Positions 12,711 to 26,458 of a stretch of 64,000 nt of DNA are shown here, piece by piece. A program made the position numbers and the translations under genes. Under the pieces are notes generated by a model, which ran no database searches, had not been told where the DNA came from, and saw only the letters and a list, made by a program, of their open reading frames with translations. Source of the stretch: the human T2T-CHM13v2.0 reference genome, Homo sapiens; the NCBI RefSeq assembly GCF_009914755.1, contig NC_060933.1, one strand, 5' to 3'. Position 1 is the stretch's first letter. Every line of letters begins with the position of its first letter.

Positions 12711-15700
12711 TCAACTCGATGGCAATCGAATGGAATGGAATGGAATTAACCCGAATAGAATGGAATGGAATGGAATGGAACGGAACGGAACGGAATGGAA
12801 TGGAATGGAATGGAATGGAGTGGAACGGAACGGAATGGAATGGAATGGAATGGAATGGAATCAACGCGAGTGCCGGGGAATGGAATGGAATGGAATGCAA
12901 TGGAATGGAATCTTCCAGAATGGAATGGAATGGAATGGAATGGAATGAAAGGCAATGGATTCAACTCGATTGCAATGGAATGGAATAGAATGGAATGGAA
13001 TGGAATGGAATGGAATGGAATTGAATGGAATGGAATGCCTTCAAACCGAATGGAATGGAAAGGAATGGAATCAACACGAGTGGAAAGGAATGGAATGGAA
13101 AGGAAGGGAATGGAATGGAATGGTATGGAATAGAATGGAATCGAACAAACTGGAATGGAATGGAATGGAATGGAATGGAATGGAATGGAATGGAATGGAA
13201 TCGTTCCGAGTGGAATAGGAGGGAATGTATTCGAGTGGAATGGAAAGGAATGGAATCAACCAGAGTGGAATGGAAGGGAAAGGAATGGAATGGAAACTAA
13301 TAGAATGGAATCAACCCAAGTGGAAAGGAATGGAAAGGAATGGAATGGAATGGAATTCAATGGAATGGAATTGAATGGAATCAACTCGATTGTAATGGAA
13401 TGGAATGGAATGGAATGGAATGGAATGGAATGGAATTAACCCGAATACAATGGAATGGAATGGAATGGAACGGAATGGAATGGAACGGAATGGAGTGGAA
13501 TGGAATGGAATCAACCCGAGTGCAGGGGAATGGAATGGAATGGAATGCAATGGAATGGAATCATCCGGAATGGAATGGAATGGAATGGAATGCAAATCAA
13601 TGGAATCAACTCGATTGCAATGGAATGGAATGGAATGGAAAGGAATAGAATTGAATCAACCCGAGTGTAATGGAATGGAAAGGAATGGAATGGAGTGGAA
13701 TGGAATGGAATGGAATGGAATGGAATCAACTCGATTGGAATGGAATCTAATGGAATGGAATGGAATGGAATGGAATGGAATTAACCCGAATAGAATGGAA
13801 TGGAATGGAATGGAACGGAATGGATTGGAATGGAATGGAATGGAATGGAATGGAATGGAATCAACCCGACTGCAGGGGAATGGAATGGAATGGAATGGAA
13901 TGGAATGGAATCATCCGGAACGCAATGGAATGGAATGGAATGGAATCAACTCGATTGCAATGGAATGGAATGGAATGGAATGGAATGGAATCAACCCGAG
14001 TGCAGGGGAATGGAATGGAATGGAATGCAATGGAATGGAATCATCCGGAATGGAATGGAATGGAATGGAATGCAATCAACCTGATGCAATGGAATGGAGT
14101 GGAATGGAATGGAAAGGAATGGAAACATCCCGAATGGAATGGAATGTAATGGAGTGTAAGGGAATTGAATAGAATAAATCCGAACGTAATGGAATGGAAT
14201 GGAATGAAATGGAATGGAATGGAATGGAATGGAATCAACCCGTGTGCAATGGAATGGATTCGAATGGAATGGAATGGAATGGAATGGATTCAACAAGAAT
14301 GGAATGGAAAGGAATGGAATCAACCCGAGTGTAATGGCATGGAATGGAACGGAATGGAATGGGATGGAATGGAATGGTACGAAATAGAATGGAATGGAAT
14401 GAAATGGAATGGAATGGAATGGAATGGAATGGAATGGAATGGAATGGAATGAACCCGTGTGCAATGGAATGGAATGGAATGGATTCAACTCGAATGGAAT
14501 CAACTCGATTGCAATGGAATGCAATGGAATTGAAAGGAATAGAATGGAATCATCCCGAGTGGAATGGAATGGAAAGGACTGGAATGGAGTGGAATGGAAT
14601 GGAATGGAATTAACCCGAATAGAATGAAATGGAACGGAATGGAATGGAATGTAATGGAATGGAATGGAATGGAATCAACCTGAGTGCAGGGGAATGGAAT
14701 GGAATGGAATGCAATGGAATGGAATCATCCGGAATGGAATGGAATGGAATGGAATGGAATGGAATGGAATCAACTCGATTTCAATGGAATGGAATGGAAT
14801 AGAATGGAATGGAATCAACACGAATAGAATGGAAAGGAATGGAATTGAATGGAACAGAAAGGAATGGAATGGAATGGAATGGAATCAACCCAAGTGCAGG
14901 GGAATGGAATGGAATGGAATTCAATGGAATGGAATCATCCGGAATGGAATGGAATGGAATGGAATGGAATGGAATGGAATGGAATCAACCCGAGTGCAAT
15001 GGAATGGAGAGGAATGAAATGGAATGGAACGGAAACTACACGAATCGAATGGAATGTAATGGAGTGTAAGGGAATTGAATAGAATGAATCCGAATGGAAT
15101 GGAATGGAATGGAATCAACGCGAGTGCAGGGGAATGGAATGTAATGGAATGCAATGGAATGGAATCTTCCGGAATGGAATGGAATGGAATGGAATGCAAT
15201 GGATTCAACTCGATTGCAATGGAATGGAATAGAATGGAATGGAATGGAATGGAATGGAATTAACCCGAATAGAATGGAATGGAATGGAACGGAATGGAAC
15301 GCAACGGAATTGAATGGAATGGAATGGAATGGAATGGAATGGAATGGTGGGGAATGGAATGGAATGGAATGGAATCAACGCGAGTGCAGGGGAATGTAAT
15401 GGAACAGAATGTAATGGAATGGAATTATCCGGAATGGAATGGAATGGAATGGAATGGAATGGAATCAACCCTAGTGCAATGGAATGGAGTGGAATGCAAT
15501 GGAATGGAATGGAACAACCCGAATGGAATGGAATGTAATGGAGAGTAAGGGAGATGAATAGAATCAATCCGAATGTAATGGAATGGAATGCAACGGAATG
15601 GAATGGAATGGAATGGAATGCAATGGAATGGAATCAACCCGAGTACAATGGAATGGAATGGAATGGAATGGAATGGAATGGAATGGAATGGCTTCAAACC

Positions 15701-16790
15701 GAATGGAATGGAAAGGAATGGAATCAACACGAGTGGAATGGAATGGAATGGAATGGAATGCAATCGAATTGAATGGAATGGTATGGAATAGAATGGAATG
15801 GAAAGAAATGGAATGGAATGGAATGGAATGGAATGGAATGGAATGGAATGGAATGGAATGGAATCGTTCCGAGTGGAATAGGAGGGAAAGTATTCGAGTG
15901 GATTGGAAAGGAATGGAATCAACCAGAGTGGAATGGAAGGGAATGGAATGGAATGGAAACTAATAGAATGGAATCAACCCGAGTGGAATGGAATGGAAAG
16001 GACTGGAATGGAATGGAATGGAATGGAATGGAATGGAATGGAATGGAATCAACTCGATTGTAATGGAATGGAATGGAATGGAATGGAATGGAATGGAATG
16101 GAATTAACCCAAATACAATGGAATGGAATGGAATGGAACGGAATGGAGTGGAATGGAATGGAATCAACCCGAGTGCAGGGGAATGGAATGGAATGGAATG
16201 CAATGGAATGGAATCATCCGGAATGGAATGGAATGGAATGGAAGGCAAAGCAATGGAATCAACTCGATTGCAATGGAATGGAATGGACTGGAAAGGAATA
16301 CATTGGAATCAACCCGAGTGGAATGGAATGGAAAGGACTGGAATGGAGTGGAATGGAATGGAATAGAATGGAATGGAATCAACTCGATTGGAATGGAATG
16401 GAATGGAATGGAATGGAATTAACCCGAATAGAATGGAATGGAATTAAATGGAACGGAACGGAATGAAATGGAATGGAATGGAATGGAATGGAATGGAATG
16501 GAATGGAATGGAATGGAATCAACCCGACTGCAGGGGAATGGAATGGAATGGAATGCAATGGAATGGATTCAACTTGAATGGAATGGAAAGAATGGAAACA
16601 ACACGAGTGGAATGGCATGGATTGGAATGGAATGGAATGGAATGAACCCGAGTACAGGGGAAAGGAATGGAATGGAATGCAATGGAATGGAATTATCCGT
16701 AATGGAATGGAAAGGAATGGAATGGAATGGAATGGAATGGAATGGAATCAACTCGATTGCAATCGAATGGAATGGAATGGAATTAACCCG
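12711..16790 (+). repeat. Older diverged paralog of ~2732-7120 (offset ~9.65-10.0 kb)
   Basis: TCAACTCGATGGCAATCG occurs at 2732 and 12711, and the module order is shared downstream. ORF pairs 3507/13511, 3756/13760, 5022/14921, 6235/15919, 6905/16569. More substitutions and module deletions than the 3.3-kb pair. Confidence 0.7.
12907..12921. promoter_or_regulatory. HSE motif variant gGAAt-cTTCc-aGAAt
   Basis: GGAATCTTCCAGAAT; consensus intact, CpG lost. Confidence 0.55.
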
Positions 16791-18647
16791 AATAGAATGG
16801 AATGGAATGGAATGGAACGGAACGGAACGGAACGGAATAGAATGGAATGGAATGGAATGGAATGGAAAGGAAAGGAACGGAATGGAATGGAATGGAATGG
16901 AATGGAATCAACGCGAGTGCAGGGGAATGGAATGTAATGGAATGCAATGGAATGGAATCTTCCGGAATGGAATGGAATGGAATGGAATGGAATCAACCCG
17001 AGTGCAATGGAATGGAGTGGAATGGAATGGAATGGAATGGAACAACCCGAATGGAATGGAATGTAATGGAGAGTAAGGGAGTTGAATAGAATCATTCCGA
17101 ATGTAATGGAATGGAATGGAACAGAATGGAATTGAAAGGAATGGAATGGAATGCAATGGAATGGAATCAACCCGAGTGCAATGGAATGGAGAGGAATGGA
17201 ATGGAATGGAATGGAAAATACCCGAATGGAATGGAATGTAATGCAGTGTAAGGGAATTGAATAGAATCAATCTGAATGTAATGGAATGGAATGGAACGGA
17301 ATGGAATGGAATGGAATGGAATGGAATGGAATGGAATGGAATCAACAAGAGTGCAATCGAATGGAATCGAAAGGAATGAAATGCAATAGAATGGATTCAA
17401 CTTGAATGGAATGGAAAGAATGGAATCAACACGAGTGGAATGGCATGGATTGGAATGGAATGGAATGGAATCAACCCGAGTACAGGGGAGTGGAATGGAA
17501 TGGAATGCAATGGAATGGAATCATCCGTAATGGAATGGAAAGGAATGGAATGGAATGGAATGGAATGGAATGGAATGGAATGGAATCAACTCGATTGCAA
17601 TCGAATGGAATGGAATGGAATTACCCAAACAGAATGGAATGGAATGGAATGGAACGGAACGGAATGGAATGGAATGGAATGGAATGGAATGGAACGGAAC
17701 GGAACGGAACGGAATGGAATGGAATGGAATGGAATGGAATCAACGCGAGTGTAGGGGAATGGAATGGAATGGAATGCAATGGAATGGAATCTTCCGGAAT
17801 GGAATGGAATGGAATGGAATGAAATGCAATGGATTCAACTCGATTGCAATGGAATGGAATAGAATGGAATGGAATGGAATGGAATGGAATTAACCCGAAT
17901 AGAATGGAATGGAATGGAATGGAACGGAATGGAACGGAATGGAATGGAATGGAATGGAATGGAATGGAATGGAATGGAATGGTATGGAATGGAATGGAAT
18001 AGTACGGAATAGAATGGAATGGAACGAATTGTAATGGAATGGAATTGAATGGAATGGAATGGAAAGGAATGGAATCAACGCGACTGCAGGGGAATGTAAT
18101 GGAACGGAATGCAATGGAATGGAATCATCCGGAATGGAATGGAATGGAATGGAATGGAATCAACCCGAGTGCAATGGAATGGAGTGGAATGGAATGGAAT
18201 GGAATGGAACAACCCGAATGGAATGTAATGTAATGGAGAGTAAGGGAGTTGAATAGAATCAATCCGAATGTAATGGAATGGAATGCAACGGAATGGAATG
18301 GAATGGAATGGAATGGAATGCAATGGAATGGAATCAACCCGAGTACAATGGAATGGAATGGAATGGAATGGAATGGAATGGAATGGAATTGAATGGATTG
18401 GAATGCCTTCAAACCGAATGGAATGGAAAGGAATGGAATCAACACGAGTGGAATGGAATGGAATGGAATGGAATGGAACGGAATGGAATGGAATGGAATA
18501 GAGTGGAATGGAATCAACTCGATTGCAATCGAATGGAATGGAATGGAGTTAAGTCGAGTACAGGGGAATGGAATGGAATGGAATGCAATGGAATGGAATC
18601 ATCCGTAATGGAATGGAATGGAATGGAATGGAATGGAATGGAATGGA

Positions 18648-19975
18648 ATCGTTCCGAGTGGAATAGGAGGGAATGTATTCGAGTGGAATGGAAAGGAATG
18701 GAATCAACCAGAGTGGAATGGAAGGGAATGGAATGGAATGGACACTAATAGAATGGAATCAACCCGAGTGGAAAGGAATGGAATGGAATGGAATGGAATG
18801 GAATGGAATGGAATGGAATCAACTCGATTGTAATGGAATGGAATGGAATGGAATGGAATGGAATTAACCCGAATACAATGGAATGGAATGGAATGGAACG
18901 GAATGGAGTGGAATGGAATGGAATCAACCCGAGTGCAGGGGAATGGAATGGAATGGAATGCAATGGAATGGAATCATCCGGAATGGAATGGTATGGAATG
19001 GAATGCAAAGCAATGGAATCAATTCAATTGCAATGGAATGGAATGGAATGGAAAGGAATAGAATTGAAACAAACTGAGTGTAATGGAATGGAAAGGACTG
19101 GAATGGAGTGGAATGGAATGGAATGGAATGGAATGGAATCAACTCGATTGGAATGGAATCTAATGGAATGGAATGGAATGGAATGGAATGGAATTAACCC
19201 GAATAGAATGGAATGGAATGGAATGGAACGGAATGGAATGGAATGGAATGGAATGGAATGGAATGGAATGGAATCAACCCGACTGCAGGGGAATGGAATG
19301 GAATGGAATGGAATGGAATGGAATCATCCGGAACGGAATGGAATGGAATGGAATGGAATCAACTCGATTGCAATGGAATGGAATGGAATGGAATGGAATC
19401 GAATGGAATGGAATGGAATTAACCAGAATAGAATGGAATGGAATGGAATGGAACGGAACGGAATGGAATGGAATGGAATGGAATGGAATGGAATCAACCC
19501 GAGTCCAGGGGAATGGAATGGAATGGAATGCAATGGAATGGAATCATCCGGAATGGAATGGAATGGAATGGAATGCAATCAACCTGATGCAATGGAATGG
19601 AGTGGAATGGAATGGAATGGAATGGAAACATCCCGAATGGAATGGAATGTAATGCAGTGTAAGGGAATTGAATAGAATCAATCCGAATGTAATGGAATGG
19701 AATGGAATGAAATGGAAAGGAATGGAATGGAATGGAATCAACCCGAGTGCAATGGAATGGATTCGAACGGAATGGAATGGAATGGAATGGATTCAACAAG
19801 AATGGAATGGAAAGGAATGGAATCAACCCGGGTGTAATGGCATGGAATGGAACGTAATGGAATGGGATGGAATGGAATGGTACGGAATAGAATGGAATGG
19901 AATGAAATGGAATGGAATGGAATGGAATGGAAAGAAATGGAATGGAATGGAATGGAATGAACCCGTGTGCAATGG
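18648..19975 (+). repeat. Dispersed ~1.3-kb copy of ~3231-4545 (offset ~15.4 kb)
   Basis: Shares private variants GGACACTAATAG (~3323/18740) and GGTATGGAATGGAATGCAAAGC with the ~3.2-4.5 kb block. ORF pairs 3507/18924, 3756/19173, 4082/19494, 4256/19668. Confidence 0.7.
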
Positions 19976-22900
19976 AATGGAATGGAATGGAATGGAATGG
20001 AATGGAATGGAATAGAGTGGAATGGAATCAACTCGATTGCAATCGAATGGAATGGAATGGAATTAACCCGAATAGAATGGAATGGAATGGAATGGAACGG
20101 AACGGAATGGAATGGAATGGAATGGAATGGAATGGAACGGAAAGGAAGGGAATGGAATGGAATAGAATGGAATGGAATGGAATCAACGCGAGTGCAGGGG
20201 AATGGAATGGAATGGAATGCAATGGAATGGAATCTTCCGGAATGGAATGGAATGGAATGGAATGGAATGGAATGGAATGGAATGGAATCAAACCGAGCAC
20301 AATGGAATGGAGGGAAATGGAATGGAATGGAATGGAACAACCCGAATGGAATGGAATGTAATGGAGAGTAAGGGAGTTGAATAGAATCAATCCGATTGTA
20401 ATGGAATGGAACGGAATGGAATGGAATGGAATGGAATGGAATGGAATGGAATGGAATGCAATGGAATGGAATCAACCCGAGTACAATGGAACGGAATAGA
20501 ATGGAATGTAATGTAATCGAATGGAATGGAATGGAATGGAATGGAATCAACCCGAGTGCAATGGAATGGTGAGGAATGGAATGGAATGGAATGGAAACTA
20601 CCCGAATGGAATGGAACGTAATGGAGTGTAAGGGAATTGAATGGAATCAATCCGAATGGAATGGAATGGAATGGAAAGGAATGTAATGGAATGGAATGGA
20701 ATGGAATCAACCCGAGTGCAGGGGAATGGAATGGAATGGAATGCAATGGAATGGAATCATCCGGAATGGAATGGAATGGAATGCAATGGAATGGAATGGA
20801 ATGGAATCAACCCGAGTGCAATGGAATGGAGTGAAATGGAATGGAATGGAATGGAATGGAGACAACCAGAATGGATTGGAATATAATGGAGTGTACGGGA
20901 ATTGAATAGAATCAATCTGAATGTAATGAAATGGAATGGAACGGAATGGAATGGAATGGAATGGAATGGAATGGAATGGAATGCAATGGAATGGAATCAA
21001 CCCGAGTGCAATCGAATGGAATCGAATGGAATGCAACGCAATGGAATGGATTCAACTTGAATGGAATGGAAAGAATGGAATCAACACGAGTGGAATGGCA
21101 TGGATTGGAATGGAATGGAATGGAATCAACCCGAGTATAGGGGAATGGAATGGAATGGAATGCAATGGAATGGAATCATCCGTAATGGAATGGAAAGTAA
21201 TGGAATGGAATGGAATGGAATGGAATGATACGGAATAGAATGGAATGGAAGGAAATGGAATGGAATGGAATGGAATGGAATGGAATGGAATGGAATCGTT
21301 CCGAGTGGAATAGGAGGGAATGTATTCGAGTGGAATGGAAAAGAGTGGAATCAAGCAGAGTGGAATGGAAGGGAATGGAATGGAATGGAAACTAATAGAA
21401 TGGAATCAACCCGAGAGGAATGGAACGGAAAGGACTGGAATGGAATGCAATGGAATGGAATCAACTCGATTGTAATGGAATGGAATAGAATGGAATGGAA
21501 TGGAATGGAATCAACTCGATTGCAATCGAATGGAATGGAATGGAATTAACCCGAATAGAATGGAATGGAATGGAATGGAACGGAACGGAATGGAATGGAA
21601 TGGAATGGAATGGAATGGAACGGAAACGAAGGGAATGGAATGGAATAGAATGGAATGGAATGGAATCAACGCGAGTGCAGGGGAATGGAATGGAATGGAA
21701 TGCAATGGAATGGAATCTTCCGGAATGGAATGGAATGGAATGGAATGGAATGGAATGGAATGGAATCAACCCGAGTGCAATGGAATGGAGTGGAATGGAA
21801 TGGAATGGAATGGAACAACCCGAATGGAATGGAATCGAATGGAGAGTAAGGGAGTTTAATAGAATCAATCCGAAAGTAATGGAATGGAATGGAACGGAAT
21901 GGAATTGAATGGAATGGAATGGAATGAAATGGAATGGAATCAACCGGAGTGCAATGGAATGGAGAGGAATGGAATGGAATGGAATGGAAACTACCCGAAT
22001 GGAATGGAATGTAATGGAGTGTAAGGGAATTGAATAGAATCAATCCGAATGTAATGGAATGGAATGGAACGGAATGGAATGGAATGCAATGGAATGGAAT
22101 GGAATGCAATGGATTGCAATCAACCCAAGTGCAATCGAATGGAATCTAATGGAATGGAATGCAATGCAATGGATTCAACTTGAATGGAATGGAAAGAATG
22201 GAATCAACACGAGTGGAATGGCATGGATTGGAATGGAATGGAATGGAATCAACCCGAGTACAGGGGAATGGAATGGAATGGAATGCAATGGAATGGAATT
22301 ATCCGTAATGGAATGGAAAGGAATGGAATGGAATGGAATGGAATGGAATGGAATGGAATGGAATGGAATCAACTCGATTGCAATCGAATGGAATGGAATG
22401 GAATTAACCAGAATAGAATGGAATGGAATGGAATGGAACGGAACGGAATGGAATGGAATGGAATGGAATGGAACGGAACGGAACGGAATAGAATGGAATG
22501 GAATGGAATGGAATGGAATCAACGCGAGTGCAGGGGAATGGAATGGAATGGAATGGAATGAAATGGAATGGAATGGAATGGAATGAAATGGAATGGAATG
22601 GAATGGAATCATCCGGAACGGAATGGAATTGAATGGAATGGAATCAACTCGATTGCAATGGAATGGAATGGAATGGAATGGAATGGAATGGAATGGAATG
22701 GAATGGAATGGAATGGAATTAACCCGAATAAAATGGAATGGAATGGAATGGAACGCAAAGGAGTGGAATGGAATGGAATCAACCCGAGTGCAGGGGAATG
22801 GAATGGAATGGAATGCAATGGAATGGAATCATCCGGAATGGAATGGAATGGAATGGAATGCAAAGCAATGGAGTCAACTCGATTGCAATGGAATGGAATG

Positions 22901-23429
22901 GAGTGGAAAGGAATAGAATGGAATCAACCCGAGTGTAATGGAATGGAAAGGACTGGAATGGAGTGGAATGCAATGGAATGGAATGGAATGGAATCAACTC
23001 GATTGGAATCGAATGGAATGGAATGGAATGGAATGGAATGGAATGGAATTAACCCGAATAGAATGGAATGGAATGGAATTGAACGGAACGGAATGGAATG
23101 GAATGGAATGGAATGGAATGGAATGGAATGGAATCAACCCGACTGCAGGGGAATGGAATGGAATGGAATGGAATGGAATGGAATCATCCGGAACGGAATG
23201 GAATGGAATGGAATGGAATCAACTCGATTACAATGGAATGGAATGGAATGGAATGGAATGGAATGGAATGGAATTCACCGGAATAGAATGGAATGGAATG
23301 GAATGGAAAGGAATGGAAGGGAAGGAAATGGAATGTAATCAACTCGAGTGCAGGGGAATGGAATGGAATGGAATGGCATGGAATGGAATCATCCGGAATC
23401 GAATGGAATGGAATGGAATGGAATGGTAT

Positions 23430-26360
23430 CAACCCGAGTGCAGGGGAATGTAATGGAACGGAATGCAATGGAATGGAATCATCCGGAATGGAATGGAATG
23501 GAATGGAATGGAATGGAATCAACCCGAGTGCAATGGAATGGAGTGGAATGGAATGGAATGCAATGGAACAACCCGAATGGAATGGAATGTAATGGAGAGT
23601 AAGGGAGTTGAATAGAATCAATCCGAATGTAATGGAATGGAATGCAACGGAATGGAATGGAATGGAATGCAATGGAATGGAATGGAATGGAATGCAAAGG
23701 AATGGAATCAACCTGAGTGGAATGGCATGGAATGGAATGCAATGGATTGGAATGGAATGGAATCAACTCGAGTGGAAAGGAATGGAATGGAATGGAATGG
23801 AAAGGAATGGAATGAAGTCAACTCGAGTGGAATGGAATGGAATGGAATGGATTGGAATGGATTGCAATGGAATGAAATGGAATGGAATGGAATGGAATCA
23901 ATCATTCCGAGTTGAATGGAAGGGAATGTAATGGAGTGGAAAGAAGGGAATGGAATAAACCCGAGTGGAATGCAAGGCAATGGAATGGAATGGAAAGGAA
24001 TGGAATGGAATCAACTCGATGGCAATGGAATGGAAAGGAATGGAATGGAATGGAATGGAATTAATCCGAATAGAATGGAATGGAATGGAATGGAATGGAA
24101 GGGAATGGAATCAACACGAGTGCAGGGGAATGGAATGGAATGCAATGGAATGGAATCATCCGGAATGGAATGGAATGGAATGGAATCAACTCCATTGCAA
24201 TGGAATGGAATGGAATTGAATGGAATAGAATGGAATGGAATTAACCCGAATAGAATGCAATGCAATAGAATGGAATGGAACGGAACCGAATGGAGTGGAA
24301 TGGAATGGAATGGAATCATCCCGAGTACAGGGGAATGGAATGGAATGGAATGCAATGGAATGGAGTCATCCGTAATGGAATGGAAAGGAATGGAATGGAA
24401 TGGAATGGAATGGAATGGAACGGAATGGAATGGAATGGAATGGAATCAACTCGACGGCAATCGAATGGAATGGAATGGAATTAACCCGAATAGAATGGAA
24501 TGGAATGGAATGGAACGGAACGGAATGGAATGGAATGGAATGGAACGGAACGGAACGGAATGGAATGGAATGGAATGGAATGGAATCAACGCGAGTGCAG
24601 GGGAATGGAATGGAATGGAATGTAATGGAATGGAATCTTCCGGAATGGAATGGAATGGAATGGAATGGAATGAAAGGCAATGGATTTAACTCGATTGCAA
24701 TGGAATGGAAGAGAATGGAATGGAATGGAATGGAATGGAATGGAATGGAATGGAATGCCTTCAAACCGAAAGGAATGGAAAGGAATGGAATCAACACGAG
24801 TGGAAAGGAATGGAATGGAAAGGAATGGAATGGAACGGAATGGTAAGGAATAGAATGGAATGGAACGAACTGGAATGGAATGGAATGGAATGGAATGGAA
24901 TGGAATGGAATCGTTCCGAGTGGAATAGAAGGGAATGTATTCGAGTGGAATGGAAAGGAATGGAATCAACCAGAGTGGAATGGAACGGAATGGAATGGAA
25001 TGGAAACTAATAGAATGGAATCAACCCGAGTGTAATGGAATGGAAAGGAGTGCAATGGAATGGAATGGAATGGAATGGAATGGAAACAACTCGATTGTAA
25101 TGGAATGGAATGGAATGGAATGGAATGGAATGGAATTGAATGGAATCAACTCGATTGTAATGGAATGGAATGGAATGGAATGGAATGGAATGGAATGGAA
25201 TGGAATTAACCCGAATACAATGGAATGGAATGGAATGGAACGGAATGGAGTGGAATGGAATGGAATCAACCCGAGTGCAGGGGAACGGAATGGAATGGAA
25301 TGCAATGGAATGGAATCATCCGGAATGGAATGGAATGGAATGGAATGTAAAGCAATGGAATCAACTCAATTGCAATGGAATGGAATGGAATGGAAAGGAA
25401 TAGAATGGAATCAACCCGAGTGTAATGGAATGGAAAGGACTGGAATGGAGTGGAATGGAATGGAATGGAATGGAATGGAATCAACTCGATTGGAATGGAA
25501 TGGAATGGAATGGAATGGAATTAACCCGAATAGAATGGAATCGAATGGAATGGAACGGAATGGAATGGAATGGAATGGAATGGAATGGAATGGAATGGAA
25601 TGGAATGGAATGGAATGGAATGGAATCAACCCGACTGCAATGGAATGGAATGGAATGGAATGGAATCGAATGGAATGGAATGGAAGTAACCGGAATGGAA
25701 TGGAATGGAATGGAATGGAACGGAATGGAACGGAATGGAACGGAATGGAATGGAATGCAATCAACCTGATGCAATGGAATGGAGTGGACTGGAATGGAAT
25801 GGAATGGAAACATCCGAATGGAATGGAATGTAATGGAGTGTAAGGGAATTCAATAGAAACAATCCGAATGTAACGGAATGGAATGCAATGAAATGGAATG
25901 GAATGGAATGGAATGGAATCAACCCAAATGCAATGGAATGGATTCGATTGGAATGGAATGGAATGCAATGGATTCAACAAGAATGGAATGGAAAGGAATG
26001 GAATCAACCCGAGTGGAATGGCATGGAATGGAACGGAATGGAATGGGATGGAATGGAATGGTACGGAATAGAATGGAATGGAATGGAATGGAATGGAATG
26101 GAATGGAATGGAATGGAATGGAATGAACCCGTGTGCAATGGAATGGAATGGAATGGAATGGAATGGATTCAACTCGAATGGAATCCACTCGATTGCAATG
26201 GAATGGAATGGAATGGAATTGAAAGGAATAGAATGGAATCAACCCGAGTGGAATGGAATGGAAAGGACTGGAATGGAGTGGAATGGAATGGAATGGAATT
26301 AACCCGAATAGAATGAAATGGAACGGAATGGAATGGAATGTAATGGAATGGAATGGAATA
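23430..26360 (+). repeat. Diverged paralog of ~11800-14680 (offset ~11.6-11.75 kb)
   Basis: GAAGTCAACTCGAGTGG, CAATCATTCCGAG, CAACTCCATTGC and GAAAGGCAATGG occur in the same order. ORF pairs 11978/23608, 12247/23882, 13511/25266. Confidence 0.65.
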
Positions 26361-26458
26361 GAATCAACCCTAGTGCAGGGGAATGTAATGGAACGGAATG
26401 CAATGGAATGGAATCATCCGGAATGGAATGGAATGGAATGGAATGGAATGGAATGGAA

